A DNA stretch of 64,000 bases from contig JAXLYN010000037.1 of assembly GCA_046351435.1 (NCBI GenBank), positions 12,977 to 76,976 of the forward strand, given 5' to 3'. A model generated the notes under the pieces. The model had not been told where the DNA came from and ran no database searches. It saw only the letters and a program-made list of their open reading frames with translations. This document shows, in pieces, positions 46,036 through 54,882 of the stretch. How positions within the stretch are numbered: the stretch's first letter is position 1; each line of letters opens with the position of its first letter. This DNA comes from Polyangiaceae bacterium (GTDB taxonomy: Bacteria; Myxococcota_A; Polyangia; Polyangiales; Polyangiaceae). The translations under genes were made by a program, and so were the position numbers.

Positions 46036-46448
46036 CCCCGATGAACACTCGCGAGAACCCCTATCGTACTCGCGCGCAACACGCGCACATCCCCGCCGTC
46101 CCGGTCCACCCAGCGTGGAAGAGCTACCAGCGCAACGCTCTCTTCTACAACGTCGTCCTCTGGACTTCGGTCGTGGTCTGGGCGGGCTATCTCATGCTGG
46201 AGACGCGGCTCGCCCTCAGCTTTCTAATCGTCATGTGGATGCCATTCATCGTGTTCCTGATGCGGGTCCGGGACTGCGCCTGCCCCGAGTGTCACGACTC
46301 GATCGTGGACGGTCCCCTCGTGCTTTCGTACTGGCGTTACTACCTGGGGCTGTTCCCCAACTACTGCACGAACTGCGGCGCCCCGGTTCCCGACGGACCC
46401 ACGCAACCGGAATGCGACTGCGAGCGGTGTCGGAAGGAGACGTACTGA
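46032..46448 (+). CDS. Small membrane protein with C-terminal zinc-ribbon-like Cys pairs
   Basis: ORF track, 138 aa. Two TM helices. CACPEC...CTNC...CDCERC. 4-nt overlap with the upstream gene. Confidence 0.55.
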   Translation: MTPMNTRENPYRTRAQHAHIPAVPVHPAWKSYQRNALFYNVVLWTSVVVWAGYLMLETRLALSFLIVMWMPFIVFLMRVRDCACPECHDSIVDGPLVLSYWRYYLGLFPNYCTNCGAPVPDGPTQPECDCERCRKETY

Positions 46449-46482
46449 CTTCGCTCCGACACTCGGTGCCGTTGGCGCTCGC

Positions 46483-46656
46483 GTGAGCCCGGAGTCGCGA
46501 CGCACCAGCTACGCCGACAAGCTCGCTCGGCTCGAGTCTCTGGTGAGCTCCGTCGACGACTTCGGTTGGCGTGAGAAGCTCGAGGTGGACGACGATCGGG
46601 TGCGCGCACTCTGGGCGAAATTGCGACGCGGTCCCGAGCTGTCGTCGGTGGACTGA
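46483..46656 (+). CDS. Possible 57-aa ORF
   Basis: Own translation from GTG at 46483: MSPESRRTSYADKLARLESLVSSVDDFGWREKLEVDDDRVRALWAKLRRGPELSSVD. GC3-rich. Below the ORF-track length cutoff. Confidence 0.3.
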   Translation: MSPESRRTSYADKLARLESLVSSVDDFGWREKLEVDDDRVRALWAKLRRGPELSSVD

Positions 46657-46862
46657 CCGAGGCACTACGTGCAGTGGCAGCATGGTTGGGCCCCGAGACC
46701 GCGGGCTTCGCCGTGGTTGGGGGCGTGGAAGATCGTCGTCGACGTGAGCTTCGGCAGGTTGCCTTTGGAGGCCCCACGCCGAAGCAGCGTGCGAAGTGCG
46801 CGCTCAATCGACGCTGCGCGGTCCGACTTGTCAGTCGCGAGGCTCCGCCCTATTCGATAACG

Positions 46863-47432
46863 ATGCCCCGTCGGGATCCACGAATCGACGCCTACATCCA
46901 GCGAGCGCCCGAATACGCTCGGCCCATCCTCACGAAGCTCCGCAAGGTGCTGCTCTCGGCGGACCGCGGGCTCGAAGAAGACGTGAAGTGGGGCGCGCCG
47001 ACGTTGGTCAGAGACGGCCTAGTGTGCTCGTTCATGGGTTTCAAGCGCCACACGGCCGTTTGGTTCCACAAGGGCGCGCTCCTCGCGGATCCGACCGGGC
47101 TCCTGATCCCGGGTAAGACGGTGGCGATGCGCGCCGCACACTTCACCAGCGCCGACCAGGTGCCGAGCCGCGCCCTCGCTGCGCTGGTGAAGCAAGCGGT
47201 GAAGCTGAACGCTTCGGGCGTGAAGGCGCCCAAGAAGTCGCCGGCCTCCATCGTGGTCCCGGCCGAGCTCCGTCGAGCGTTGGCGCGACGACCGCGAGCC
47301 AAGTCGGCGTTCGGAGCGCTGCCGCCGTCGCACCGGCGCGAGCACGCCGACTGGGTAGCCGCCGCCAAGCTTCCTGCGACGCGCGAGCGGCGGGCCGCGA
47401 AGGTCATGGAACGGCTGATGGCTGCGAAGTAG
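46863..47432 (+). CDS. DUF1801 / YdeI-family protein
   Basis: ORF track 46674..47432. Start at ATG 46863 (MPRRDPRIDAYIQRAPEYARPILTKLRKVLL). C-terminal YdeI-like LPPSHRREHADWVAAAKLPATRERRAAKVMERL. Confidence 0.7.
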   Translation: MPRRDPRIDAYIQRAPEYARPILTKLRKVLLSADRGLEEDVKWGAPTLVRDGLVCSFMGFKRHTAVWFHKGALLADPTGLLIPGKTVAMRAAHFTSADQVPSRALAALVKQAVKLNASGVKAPKKSPASIVVPAELRRALARRPRAKSAFGALPPSHRREHADWVAAAKLPATRERRAAKVMERLMAAK

Positions 47433-47435
47433 CGC

Positions 47436-49817
47436 TCAATCGACGCGTCGCAGGGCGATCTGTACCGTGAGCGTGGTGGGCATGCTGTGGCTGGTGGTCA
47501 TCACGCCGCCGGTTCGCTCGAGCGTGAGTGTGCGCTCGATCACGTCGACTTGGCCGTTGGGGTCGAGCTTGCCGGTGACCATGAGCGCAGGCTGATTCTC
47601 GGGCCAAGGCCCCGTCCAAGCGTGGTCGACCGTCGCTTCGGTGAGGTCGTAGGTCTCGTTCGTGACCCAGCCATTCTGATACGTGGACTTGCTGCTGTAG
47701 GTCGACGCGAGCCCCTGACTCGCTCCGCAGCCGGGCGGCAGAATCACGAGCTCGTAGCTCCCGATCTTCGCCTGGACCTCGGGAGGGAGAGAGGCCTTCA
47801 TGGGGCCGTAGATGGACTCGGGGTAGGCGGTGAGGAGCACCCCGGTGCCCTCTTCGCCGAGCGGAAGAGCGCGCCCCCAGTACGCCGTGGTCCGCAGGAC
47901 GCTGCGGTCCGGCGGACCGTAGTTGCAGCCTTCGCAGGTGTTCTCGGCGCCGCTCGTGTCCGTCGAGTCGAGCTCGCAGCGCGACGCCGACTTGCCGAGG
48001 CCTTCGAGGTTCGAGACCACTGACGACGAGAGCGCCTCGCTACCGCCGAGCGTGATGGTGGTCTCGAACTTCACCCGCGCGGTCCAGCTCGACCACACCT
48101 TGGGCTGCGTCGCAGTCTCTTGCTGCTCCGCTTTGCTCCCCTGCTCGTTGATGACGATGGTCCCCACCCAGCCTTTGGGCACGATCTCGATGAGCTCTTG
48201 GGTCACGTAGCGCTTGGGGGACGCCACCTCGAGCGCGAAGTTCCCGAGCACGTCGAAGAGCGCGCTGGTCGTTCCGAGCACCGCGCTGAAGGCTTGCTCT
48301 GCGGCGGCTTTGGCGCCCGCTTTTCCGGCGCCCCAAACGGTCACGAAATCCGGAGCGTTGCCCCGGCGGAGCTGCGCGGAGAAGACCGCGTGGCGCTTTC
48401 GCTCCGTGCCCTTCTCGAGCTCGCTCACTTGGGGGAGGATTTCGAACTCGACGCTGTTGGCCGCCTCGGTGTCGCTGACCTTCGTGAGTTGATTCTCGAG
48501 GCGCGAGACGATCTGGAAGTTCTGACCCTCTTTGAACAGCACCTCCGTCCCGGAGCCCTTCTCGATGTTCCAGGACACGCGCCAGTGCGCCGCGTCTTTC
48601 GCCACGTCGTTGATGTCCGTCTTGGTGGGGAGACCGAGGTAAGCGAGACAATCACCGAGCTCGGTGAGCGTCTTGGCGCTCTCCTTGGAGATCCACTTCT
48701 GATAGTCGTCGTAGGCCTTCTGATCGACACCGGCCTTGGCGGTCAGCGTGCCGAACTTCTTGCCGCCGGAAGGCGTCGGTTTCTTCGTCGGGTTCGTGGT
48801 GTCGATGGTCAAGACGAGCTTGCCGTAGCGAAAGAACTGGATGAACTTCCAGAGCTTCGCTTGGAGCTTCCAGACGTCGAGGACTTTGAAGAAGTTCTTG
48901 CCCAGCTTTGCAGCCTCGCTGCCGAACGTCGCTTTCAACGCTTCGACCACCGCCGTCTTCCATTGGCCGAAGGCCTCGGACATCCCGACCTTGACGGCCT
49001 TGTCCCAGGCACCGAGCTGCTTCTTGATGAGCGTGCAGCCGCTGACGTCTCCTGCGACGGGTTGAGGGTCGAGCGGCGAAGACACGCGCTCGAACGCCGC
49101 CGCGAGCAGCTCGAGCTCGAGCAGCGAGAACCGCACGAGGTCGAGATCCTGATCCGCAAGTGCGAGGTTTGCCCGGGGCTTTTGCAGCTGGTTGGACGCC
49201 GCGACGAACAGGATGGCGAAGCTCGTGGGATCGCTGGGATCGGCCAGCGCAGCTTGGGTCCACGCAGCGAGGAACTGCACGAAGCTCTCGCGCGGGCTCT
49301 TGCCGGTCGGCACGGGCCAACCGAGATCGTGGGACAGGCGCGCGAGCTCGGCTCCCGTCAGCGTGGCCGTGTCTCGCCGCTGCATGGCCTCGAGCGCCAG
49401 ATCCGCGAGCACGAGGGTCGGCACGGTCAGCGTCGAAGCCGGTGCATCGCCCCCCGTGACCACGGTGTCGTCGCGGACGGTGGAAACGCCGCCGCGCGCG
49501 AGGACCTTCTGGGTCGCCGCGATGGCTTCGTCGAGCGAGCCGGCATCGACCAGGCTTTGGGCGAGCGCAGTGACGTCGGCGGGAAGCTCGAGCGTCGGAG
49601 CGTCCGCACCGGGGTCGGCGAACGCGGGTTCGCCCGAGGCGCCGGAGCCCGCGCTGCCGCCGCTGCCCGCGCTCGCTCCCGTTCCCGCCACGGCTCCGCT
49701 GCCCGCCGCGCCGCCGCTCGCTCCCCCCGAGCCGCCGGTGCCCGAGCCACAGGCCGCGAACGAGAGGACCGAGAGCAGCATCGAGCAAAGAAACCAGAAA
49801 CGCCGGTTCGACATCAT
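47436..49817 (-). CDS. Large (793 aa) lipoprotein of unknown function
   Basis: ORF track 47436..49844. Start at ATG 49817, preceded by GAGGAGGAG. MMSNRRFWFLCSMLLSVLSFAAC (lipobox) followed by a G/S/A-rich linker. Confidence 0.7.
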   Translation of the reverse strand: MMSNRRFWFLCSMLLSVLSFAACGSGTGGSGGASGGAAGSGAVAGTGASAGSGGSAGSGASGEPAFADPGADAPTLELPADVTALAQSLVDAGSLDEAIAATQKVLARGGVSTVRDDTVVTGGDAPASTLTVPTLVLADLALEAMQRRDTATLTGAELARLSHDLGWPVPTGKSPRESFVQFLAAWTQAALADPSDPTSFAILFVAASNQLQKPRANLALADQDLDLVRFSLLELELLAAAFERVSSPLDPQPVAGDVSGCTLIKKQLGAWDKAVKVGMSEAFGQWKTAVVEALKATFGSEAAKLGKNFFKVLDVWKLQAKLWKFIQFFRYGKLVLTIDTTNPTKKPTPSGGKKFGTLTAKAGVDQKAYDDYQKWISKESAKTLTELGDCLAYLGLPTKTDINDVAKDAAHWRVSWNIEKGSGTEVLFKEGQNFQIVSRLENQLTKVSDTEAANSVEFEILPQVSELEKGTERKRHAVFSAQLRRGNAPDFVTVWGAGKAGAKAAAEQAFSAVLGTTSALFDVLGNFALEVASPKRYVTQELIEIVPKGWVGTIVINEQGSKAEQQETATQPKVWSSWTARVKFETTITLGGSEALSSSVVSNLEGLGKSASRCELDSTDTSGAENTCEGCNYGPPDRSVLRTTAYWGRALPLGEEGTGVLLTAYPESIYGPMKASLPPEVQAKIGSYELVILPPGCGASQGLASTYSSKSTYQNGWVTNETYDLTEATVDHAWTGPWPENQPALMVTGKLDPNGQVDVIERTLTLERTGGVMTTSHSMPTTLTVQIALRRVD

Positions 49818-49830
49818 CCGCTCCTCCTCT

Positions 49831-50889
49831 TCACTCGAAGTCACGCACCAGCACGAGCTCGAACGGCTTGCCGTCGATGCCCAGCTTCAACTGCGAGAGC
49901 TCCGGCAAAACGCCTCCGGGAGCGGCCGAGTTGGGCCGCTCGGCGACGCGGAAGAAGGTCGATTGACCCGACTTTCCGTCGGGGAGCTTGCCGATGCGAT
50001 TGCCTTGGACGACGAACGCGCCTTCACCGCCGTAGGCCGTGGTGGTCTCGAGCACCTCGGTGGCCGAGTAGTCGCCGTAGGTCGTGTACGCGGCTTCTTC
50101 GCCGTAGCGACCGTTGGCGGCGAACACGGCAGACGTGGCCGCGGTGCCGGTGGTGCGGAACCATTTTCCGAGGAGCGCCGCACGCGCGGCATCGGAGGCG
50201 CCACCCTTCCCGGGGAACGAGAGACCGTAGAAGAACTCCGACCACGAGAGCGCGTTGGTGCTGGCATCACCCACACAGGGGTTGTCCTTCTCTTGGAAGG
50301 CGACGACGGAGGCCACCTGACCAGCGAGATCGATCACGAGCACGCGCGCCGCGGCGCCGGTCGGGCCTTGAGTCGAGCTGAGCTCCGCAGGAAGCTCCAC
50401 GAAGGGAAGGCCCTGGCCGGTCACGCCGCGCCACGAGAGCTCCGCGCTCGAGCCGTATCCGCTCGGTGGAATGAGCTCGACGCCAGCGGACGCGAAGAAC
50501 GCATTGCCGATGGCGAGCGCTTGCGCGACGAGGTCGGCTTCGGCAGTCACCGGAGCGAGGAGCGCGTACGAGCACTCGCCCTGGCTCGCGCCGTGGGGTG
50601 CCGAGAGCACGAAGCCGTCGGCATACTCCTCGCTGGTGAACCCAGTGGGGACGACGAAGTCGTAGACGCCCCAGCTTTGGCCGGTGCCATCGAGCGGGAC
50701 TCCATCGGGCGGGAGCTCCCCCGGTCCAGTCGCACCACTACCGCCGCCACCGGTCGAGGCAACGGCGCCCGCTCCGCCGCCGGACGGGCTCGCGCCGGTT
50801 CCGCCCGACGCGGGCGCGCCGCCACGCGACGGCGGGCTCGAGCAGGCCAACGACAGAAGAGAGAGCACGAGGAAGAAGCGCTGACGCAT
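49831..50889 (-). CDS. Lipoprotein of unknown function (352 aa)
   Basis: ORF track. MRQRFFLVLSLLSLAC (lipobox) followed by a G/S-rich linker. Its stop lies 14 nt upstream of the next lipoprotein gene's start. Confidence 0.7.
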   Translation of the reverse strand: MRQRFFLVLSLLSLACSSPPSRGGAPASGGTGASPSGGGAGAVASTGGGGSGATGPGELPPDGVPLDGTGQSWGVYDFVVPTGFTSEEYADGFVLSAPHGASQGECSYALLAPVTAEADLVAQALAIGNAFFASAGVELIPPSGYGSSAELSWRGVTGQGLPFVELPAELSSTQGPTGAAARVLVIDLAGQVASVVAFQEKDNPCVGDASTNALSWSEFFYGLSFPGKGGASDAARAALLGKWFRTTGTAATSAVFAANGRYGEEAAYTTYGDYSATEVLETTTAYGGEGAFVVQGNRIGKLPDGKSGQSTFFRVAERPNSAAPGGVLPELSQLKLGIDGKPFELVLVRDFE

Positions 50890-50954
50890 GCGTCGAGGTT
50901 GCGTCGCAGCACCGAGCTCGGCAATCCGATGACCGATAATGCATCGGGGCGTCC

Positions 50955-51908
50955 GTGGAGGACGCGACTCGTGTCCGAAAATGCATCTTGCTAGATTGCG
51001 CCACGCGAATGCACGCGCCGCTCGCTCTGCGCCAAGTCCTACGCATGGTCTCGCGTTCGAGCTCCGCGACGGTCGAGCTCGTCGCGGTGCGCCGTCCGGA
51101 GGTCGTGCTGCGTCGCACGGCGTACGCAGGCGTCGTTGCCGAGGAGCGAGTGCTGAGTCGCGCGTTTCCGTTCGTGACCCACTCGTCGCGTCTGCAAGCG
51201 CTCACCTTGCTCGAAGGCAAGCTGCGCTTCTGCCGGACGCCCGAACGCGCACCGCTCACCCTCGAGCCCGGGGACAGCGTGCTGTTGTCGCCCCCCGAAA
51301 TCGCGCGCACTCGCATGGAAGACGTGGTCTTCGTCGACGTGGAGTGGGCGCTCGATGGGCCCGAGCGTTCGCTGGCACCGAAACGCCTTCCGCGACTCGA
51401 CGTGGGGCGAGCTCGTGCTCTCGGCGAGCGCCTCGCGGCCGACGAGTCGCCGGGGCGCGCGCACTTTGCCGAGGCCTTTTCGCTCTTCGCCGGCGCCGGC
51501 GTGAAGTTCGGCGGCCTCGACGCCGAGGGCTTGCGCGGCGGACCCAGCGAGCGAGATCAGCGCATCGCGCACGCCATCGGCGCACAGGTCGCCGACCTCC
51601 GCCGCGGCGCCACGGAGCTCGCGATGGGCGAGCTCACCGAGCTTTCACCCCGCCAGCTCCAGCGAGTGCTCGCCGAGTTTTGCCAGCGCTACCAGATCAG
51701 CGCCACGAGCTGGCGCGATCTCCGCAATCGCTATCGCGTGCAGTTCGGCATCGCGCTCCTCAGCGTGCCCGAGCTCTCGGTAGCGGCCATCGCCGGCGAC
51801 GTCGGCTACGGCTCGGCGGCCGCGTTCGCGCGAGCTCTCGCCAACCTCGGTTTGCCGCCGCCCGGCGAGCTTCGCGAAGAGATCGCGAGGCTGGCACAGG
51901 TGGAGTGA
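50955..51908 (+). CDS. AraC/XylS-family transcriptional regulator
   Basis: ORF track, 317 aa. C-terminal dual HTH (LSPRQLQRVLAEFCQRYQISATSWRDLRNRYRVQFGIALL...SVAAIAGDVGYGSAAAFARA). The start is uncertain: GTG 50955 or ATG 51009. Confidence 0.75.
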   Translation: MEDATRVRKCILLDCATRMHAPLALRQVLRMVSRSSSATVELVAVRRPEVVLRRTAYAGVVAEERVLSRAFPFVTHSSRLQALTLLEGKLRFCRTPERAPLTLEPGDSVLLSPPEIARTRMEDVVFVDVEWALDGPERSLAPKRLPRLDVGRARALGERLAADESPGRAHFAEAFSLFAGAGVKFGGLDAEGLRGGPSERDQRIAHAIGAQVADLRRGATELAMGELTELSPRQLQRVLAEFCQRYQISATSWRDLRNRYRVQFGIALLSVPELSVAAIAGDVGYGSAAAFARALANLGLPPPGELREEIARLAQVE

Positions 51909-52742
51909 GCGGCTCCGCTGCCGAAGCGCGCCGGATGTGGCGAACGGGCAGCTCTCGCACCTGCTGCGCTGCTCATCCCCGCTCGGAAGTCGGGCCGGCC
52001 AGCAGCTGAGAAGCGGCGCGTTTTCGATCGGTTGATGGCGCGCGAAGGTGAGCGAAGGCAGAGGCTCAAATTCGCACTTTGGCGCGTGCAGGCGGGCTTG
52101 GGGTGGGACGATCGGGGCACCGAGCGGCTGGGCTCGCCACGACGCGTGGTCTTCGCGTTCGGTGGCGCCGCCCGGGTTGGAGCCGCAGCGTGACGGATCA
52201 AAACTTGCCCCGCTGTTCCTCGCCCATAGAGCTGCCGCTGACAAAGACCACAAGGGCATTCCGTGCACGTCCCTTCGGTGGGGGACGTGCTCGCACCGTC
52301 CTTGCTCTCGGTGTCACGAAAGAAAATGCATTGTCTCGCAGTTCGCTCTTGACACGTTTCGGAGCAGCCTCGGCTCACGCTTCGACGACCGCGGCGATGA
52401 CGGCGTCGTGCGCGCACGAAGTCGCACGCTCATTGCGCTTCGCGCGCGCGACGACTCGCGACGAGCTCGGACCCGCGAAGCGCGCTCAGCGTGTCAGCAG
52501 CGAGGCCAAAATTTCGCATGGTATGCACGAAGACATGCGAAGCTCCCCTTTGCTCTCCGATCGCGAGCTCCGCGAGCGCCTCTCGGCCGCCGTGAGCACC
52601 GAGCGCGCCGCATCCGCGGAGGTCATCTTCCACCTGGCCGAGCTCGACCGGCGCAAGCTCTACCTCGAGGACGCCTGCTCTTGCTTGCGTGTACTACGCC
52701 CTGCGACGAACAGCGCCTGCGCGACAACAGTGGACCCGTGAC

Positions 52743-52773
52743 GAATTCCTCCGGCTCGGCCGGACTGTCTATT
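52743..52773 (+). repeat. Left copy of a 31-nt inverted-repeat core
   Basis: GAATTCCTCCGGCTCGGCCGGACTGTCTATT. Contains the internal palindrome TCCGGC-TCG-GCCGGA. Confidence 0.9.
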
Positions 52774-53453
52774 TCTTCGCCTACTGCCTGGAGCGCCTGG
52801 GCTACTCCGAGGACGGTGCCACCAAGCGCGTGCGAGTCTCCCGTCTCGTCCAGCGCTTCCCTCAGGTGCTCGACGAGCTCGCGTCGGGGGAGGTCCATCT
52901 GACCGGCCTGTTCCTGCTCTCGGGGTACTTGACGGAGGACAACGTCGACGAGCTCCTCGGCGAGGCGCGGGGGAAGTCCAAGCGCCAGCTCGAAGAGCTC
53001 ATCGCCAGGTGGTTCCCGCGTCCGGACGTGCCGCCGACCATCACCCCGATGCTGCCGGAGCCCGTTCAGACGGACTTATCAACAATGTCTGGAGCAGGTA
53101 ACTCCGGACCTGCGCCGGCGCCGCCGCCTCGCTCGCGCGTCGAGCCGCTGTCGCCGGCGACCGTGCGCATCGAGCTCACCGCCGGGGTCGCGTTCCGCGA
53201 CAAGCTCGAGGCAGCTCGGAATCTGCTCAGTCACCAGGTTCCCAGCGGCGACCTGGCAACCCTGCTCGAGCTCGGCCTGGACTTGCTCATCGAGGCCGCC
53301 GTCAAGCGCCGCTCGGGCGCCGGCAAGCCGCGCAAGCGCCGCGAGACGAAGCCGGGCTCTCGACACGTGCCCGTCGAGGTCCAGCGAGCGGTGCGAGAGC
53401 GAGACGAGGACCAGTGCACCTTTGTCGACGCTGAGGGGCGACGTTGTTCGCAG

Positions 53454-53484
53454 AATAGACCGTCCGGCCGGGCCGGAGGAATTC
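53454..53484 (-). repeat. Right copy of the 31-nt inverted-repeat core
   Basis: Reverse complement: GAATTCCTCCGGCCCGGCCGGACGGTCTATT, identical to the left copy at 29 of 31 positions. Confidence 0.9.
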
Positions 53485-53976
53485 CGCCTGCTGCTGCCAA
53501 GGGTCGCGAAGAGCCAACTCGAGTCATGACGGTGAAGGCGAGGAGTTCCTCACCATCGAGCACATCGAGCCCTTCGCCAAGGGCGGGCCCACCACGGTGG
53601 ATAACTGCTCTCTGCTTTGCCAGGGCCACAACGCCTACCGAGCGCGACAGGTCTTCGGCGAGGAGCACATCCAGGAGAAGATCTCCGAGGCTCGCGCTCA
53701 CCGCGAAGCGAACAGCACTTCCTGCGACGACAAGGTGCTCTTCGCCCTGGTGCACATGGGCTTCAAACGAAAGGCGGCGCGGCAAGCCCTCGAGCAGGTG
53801 CGAGCACGTGGGGTCGAGCCGCAGCACCAGCCGCTGCTGCGCGCGGCGCTCTCCGTGCTTTGCCCTTGAGACGGTTCGGGCCCACCCCGACAAAGGGGGT
53901 GGGCAGGGATGCCCTCGGTGGGCTTGGCGGCGGCAGCGTCGTGGGAACGGATGAGAGAGCGAGAGACGAGCACGTC

Positions 53977-54753
53977 ATGGCAACCACGGGCCGCATGAAG
54001 CGCCGGCTCATCGGCATGCTGCAGAAACGTATCGGCGAGGTACGGCTCGACGAGGTGCCCGACTCGCGCGAACCAGCTCCGGGGCCTGCGAGGCTCGACG
54101 CGGCTGGTGCTCCCGTGTGGGCCCACGAGTTCACTGGCTACTATTCCTTCGGCCTCGGCGCCGATCCAACTGGTGGCGTCACCTACATGCAGGGGCTCCC
54201 CTCCAGCCCGGAGTGGTTCGGCACGCTCGTTCACCGCAACGCGGGTGGTGCCGTGACGTGGCAGCTGGAGCGCGACTTCCAAGCGACGCAGGACATTGTC
54301 GCCGACGAGCTCGGGCACGTCGTCGTGATCTCGAGATGCACCCAAGACCCGAGCCAGGTGGATCCGGACGTGTGCTTGTGGGCGTTCAGCGACAAGGGTG
54401 AAGAGCTCTGGAAGGCGCAGCTGCACGATCCGGAGCTCGGGCTCCAGCACCAGGGAACGTCGCTCCGCGGTGACCGGCTCTTGCTCACCGCGATCCTCAC
54501 GTACACGCCGCCACCGGAAGAGATGCTCGTCGAGCAGGCTCTCGACTTGTTCGAGCTCGACCTGAACACCGGCGAGGTTCGTTCGCGACATACCGTCGCC
54601 ACGGGGAGCATCGACTTCGCCGGCGCCCCGGCGCTGCTCGACGGGGACCTCGTCGTTTCGGGGTCCTTCGGCGGAACGGTCGACTTCGGAATCGGCACGC
54701 TCGTGAGCGACGCCGGGGGCGACGCTTTCGTGGCGAAGCTGCCGTGGCCGTGA
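53977..54753 (+). CDS. Hypothetical protein
   Basis: ORF track 53617..54753. Start placed at ATG 53977 (MATTGRMKRRLIGMLQKRIGE). GC3-rich. No recognised family. Confidence 0.5.
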   Translation: MATTGRMKRRLIGMLQKRIGEVRLDEVPDSREPAPGPARLDAAGAPVWAHEFTGYYSFGLGADPTGGVTYMQGLPSSPEWFGTLVHRNAGGAVTWQLERDFQATQDIVADELGHVVVISRCTQDPSQVDPDVCLWAFSDKGEELWKAQLHDPELGLQHQGTSLRGDRLLLTAILTYTPPPEEMLVEQALDLFELDLNTGEVRSRHTVATGSIDFAGAPALLDGDLVVSGSFGGTVDFGIGTLVSDAGGDAFVAKLPWP

Positions 54754-54882
54754 ACCGATCTCGGAGAGCTCATCTTGCTCGAGTACGACGGGCTGACGCT
54801 GGAGCTCGAGAAGACCGACGGCGGCACGGAGCTCGCGGGCATCGTGGTGAAACGGAACGGCACGTGAGCAGGTCGCTCGCTT

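Larger units (their letters stand above)
52523..53869 (+). pseudogene. HNH endonuclease gene interrupted at two places
   Basis: The N-terminal part (MHEDMRSSPLLSDRELRERL...RRKLYLEDACS) and the C-terminal HNH part (FLTIEHIEPFAKGGPTTVDNCSLLCQGHNAYRAR...) are in frame 2. The middle part (FAYCLERLGYSEDGATKRVRVSRL...RHVPVEVQRAVRERDEDQCTFVDAEGRRCS) is in frame 0. The junctions fall at about 52683-52775 and about 53450-53537. Confidence 0.75.

Noticed and set aside
52774-53453. The segment between the inverted repeats being currently inverted relative to the HNH gene
   Set aside because: The middle part of the HNH protein is read on the same strand and in the expected N-to-C order. In this assembly the segment is therefore in the native orientation, and only the frame is offset.
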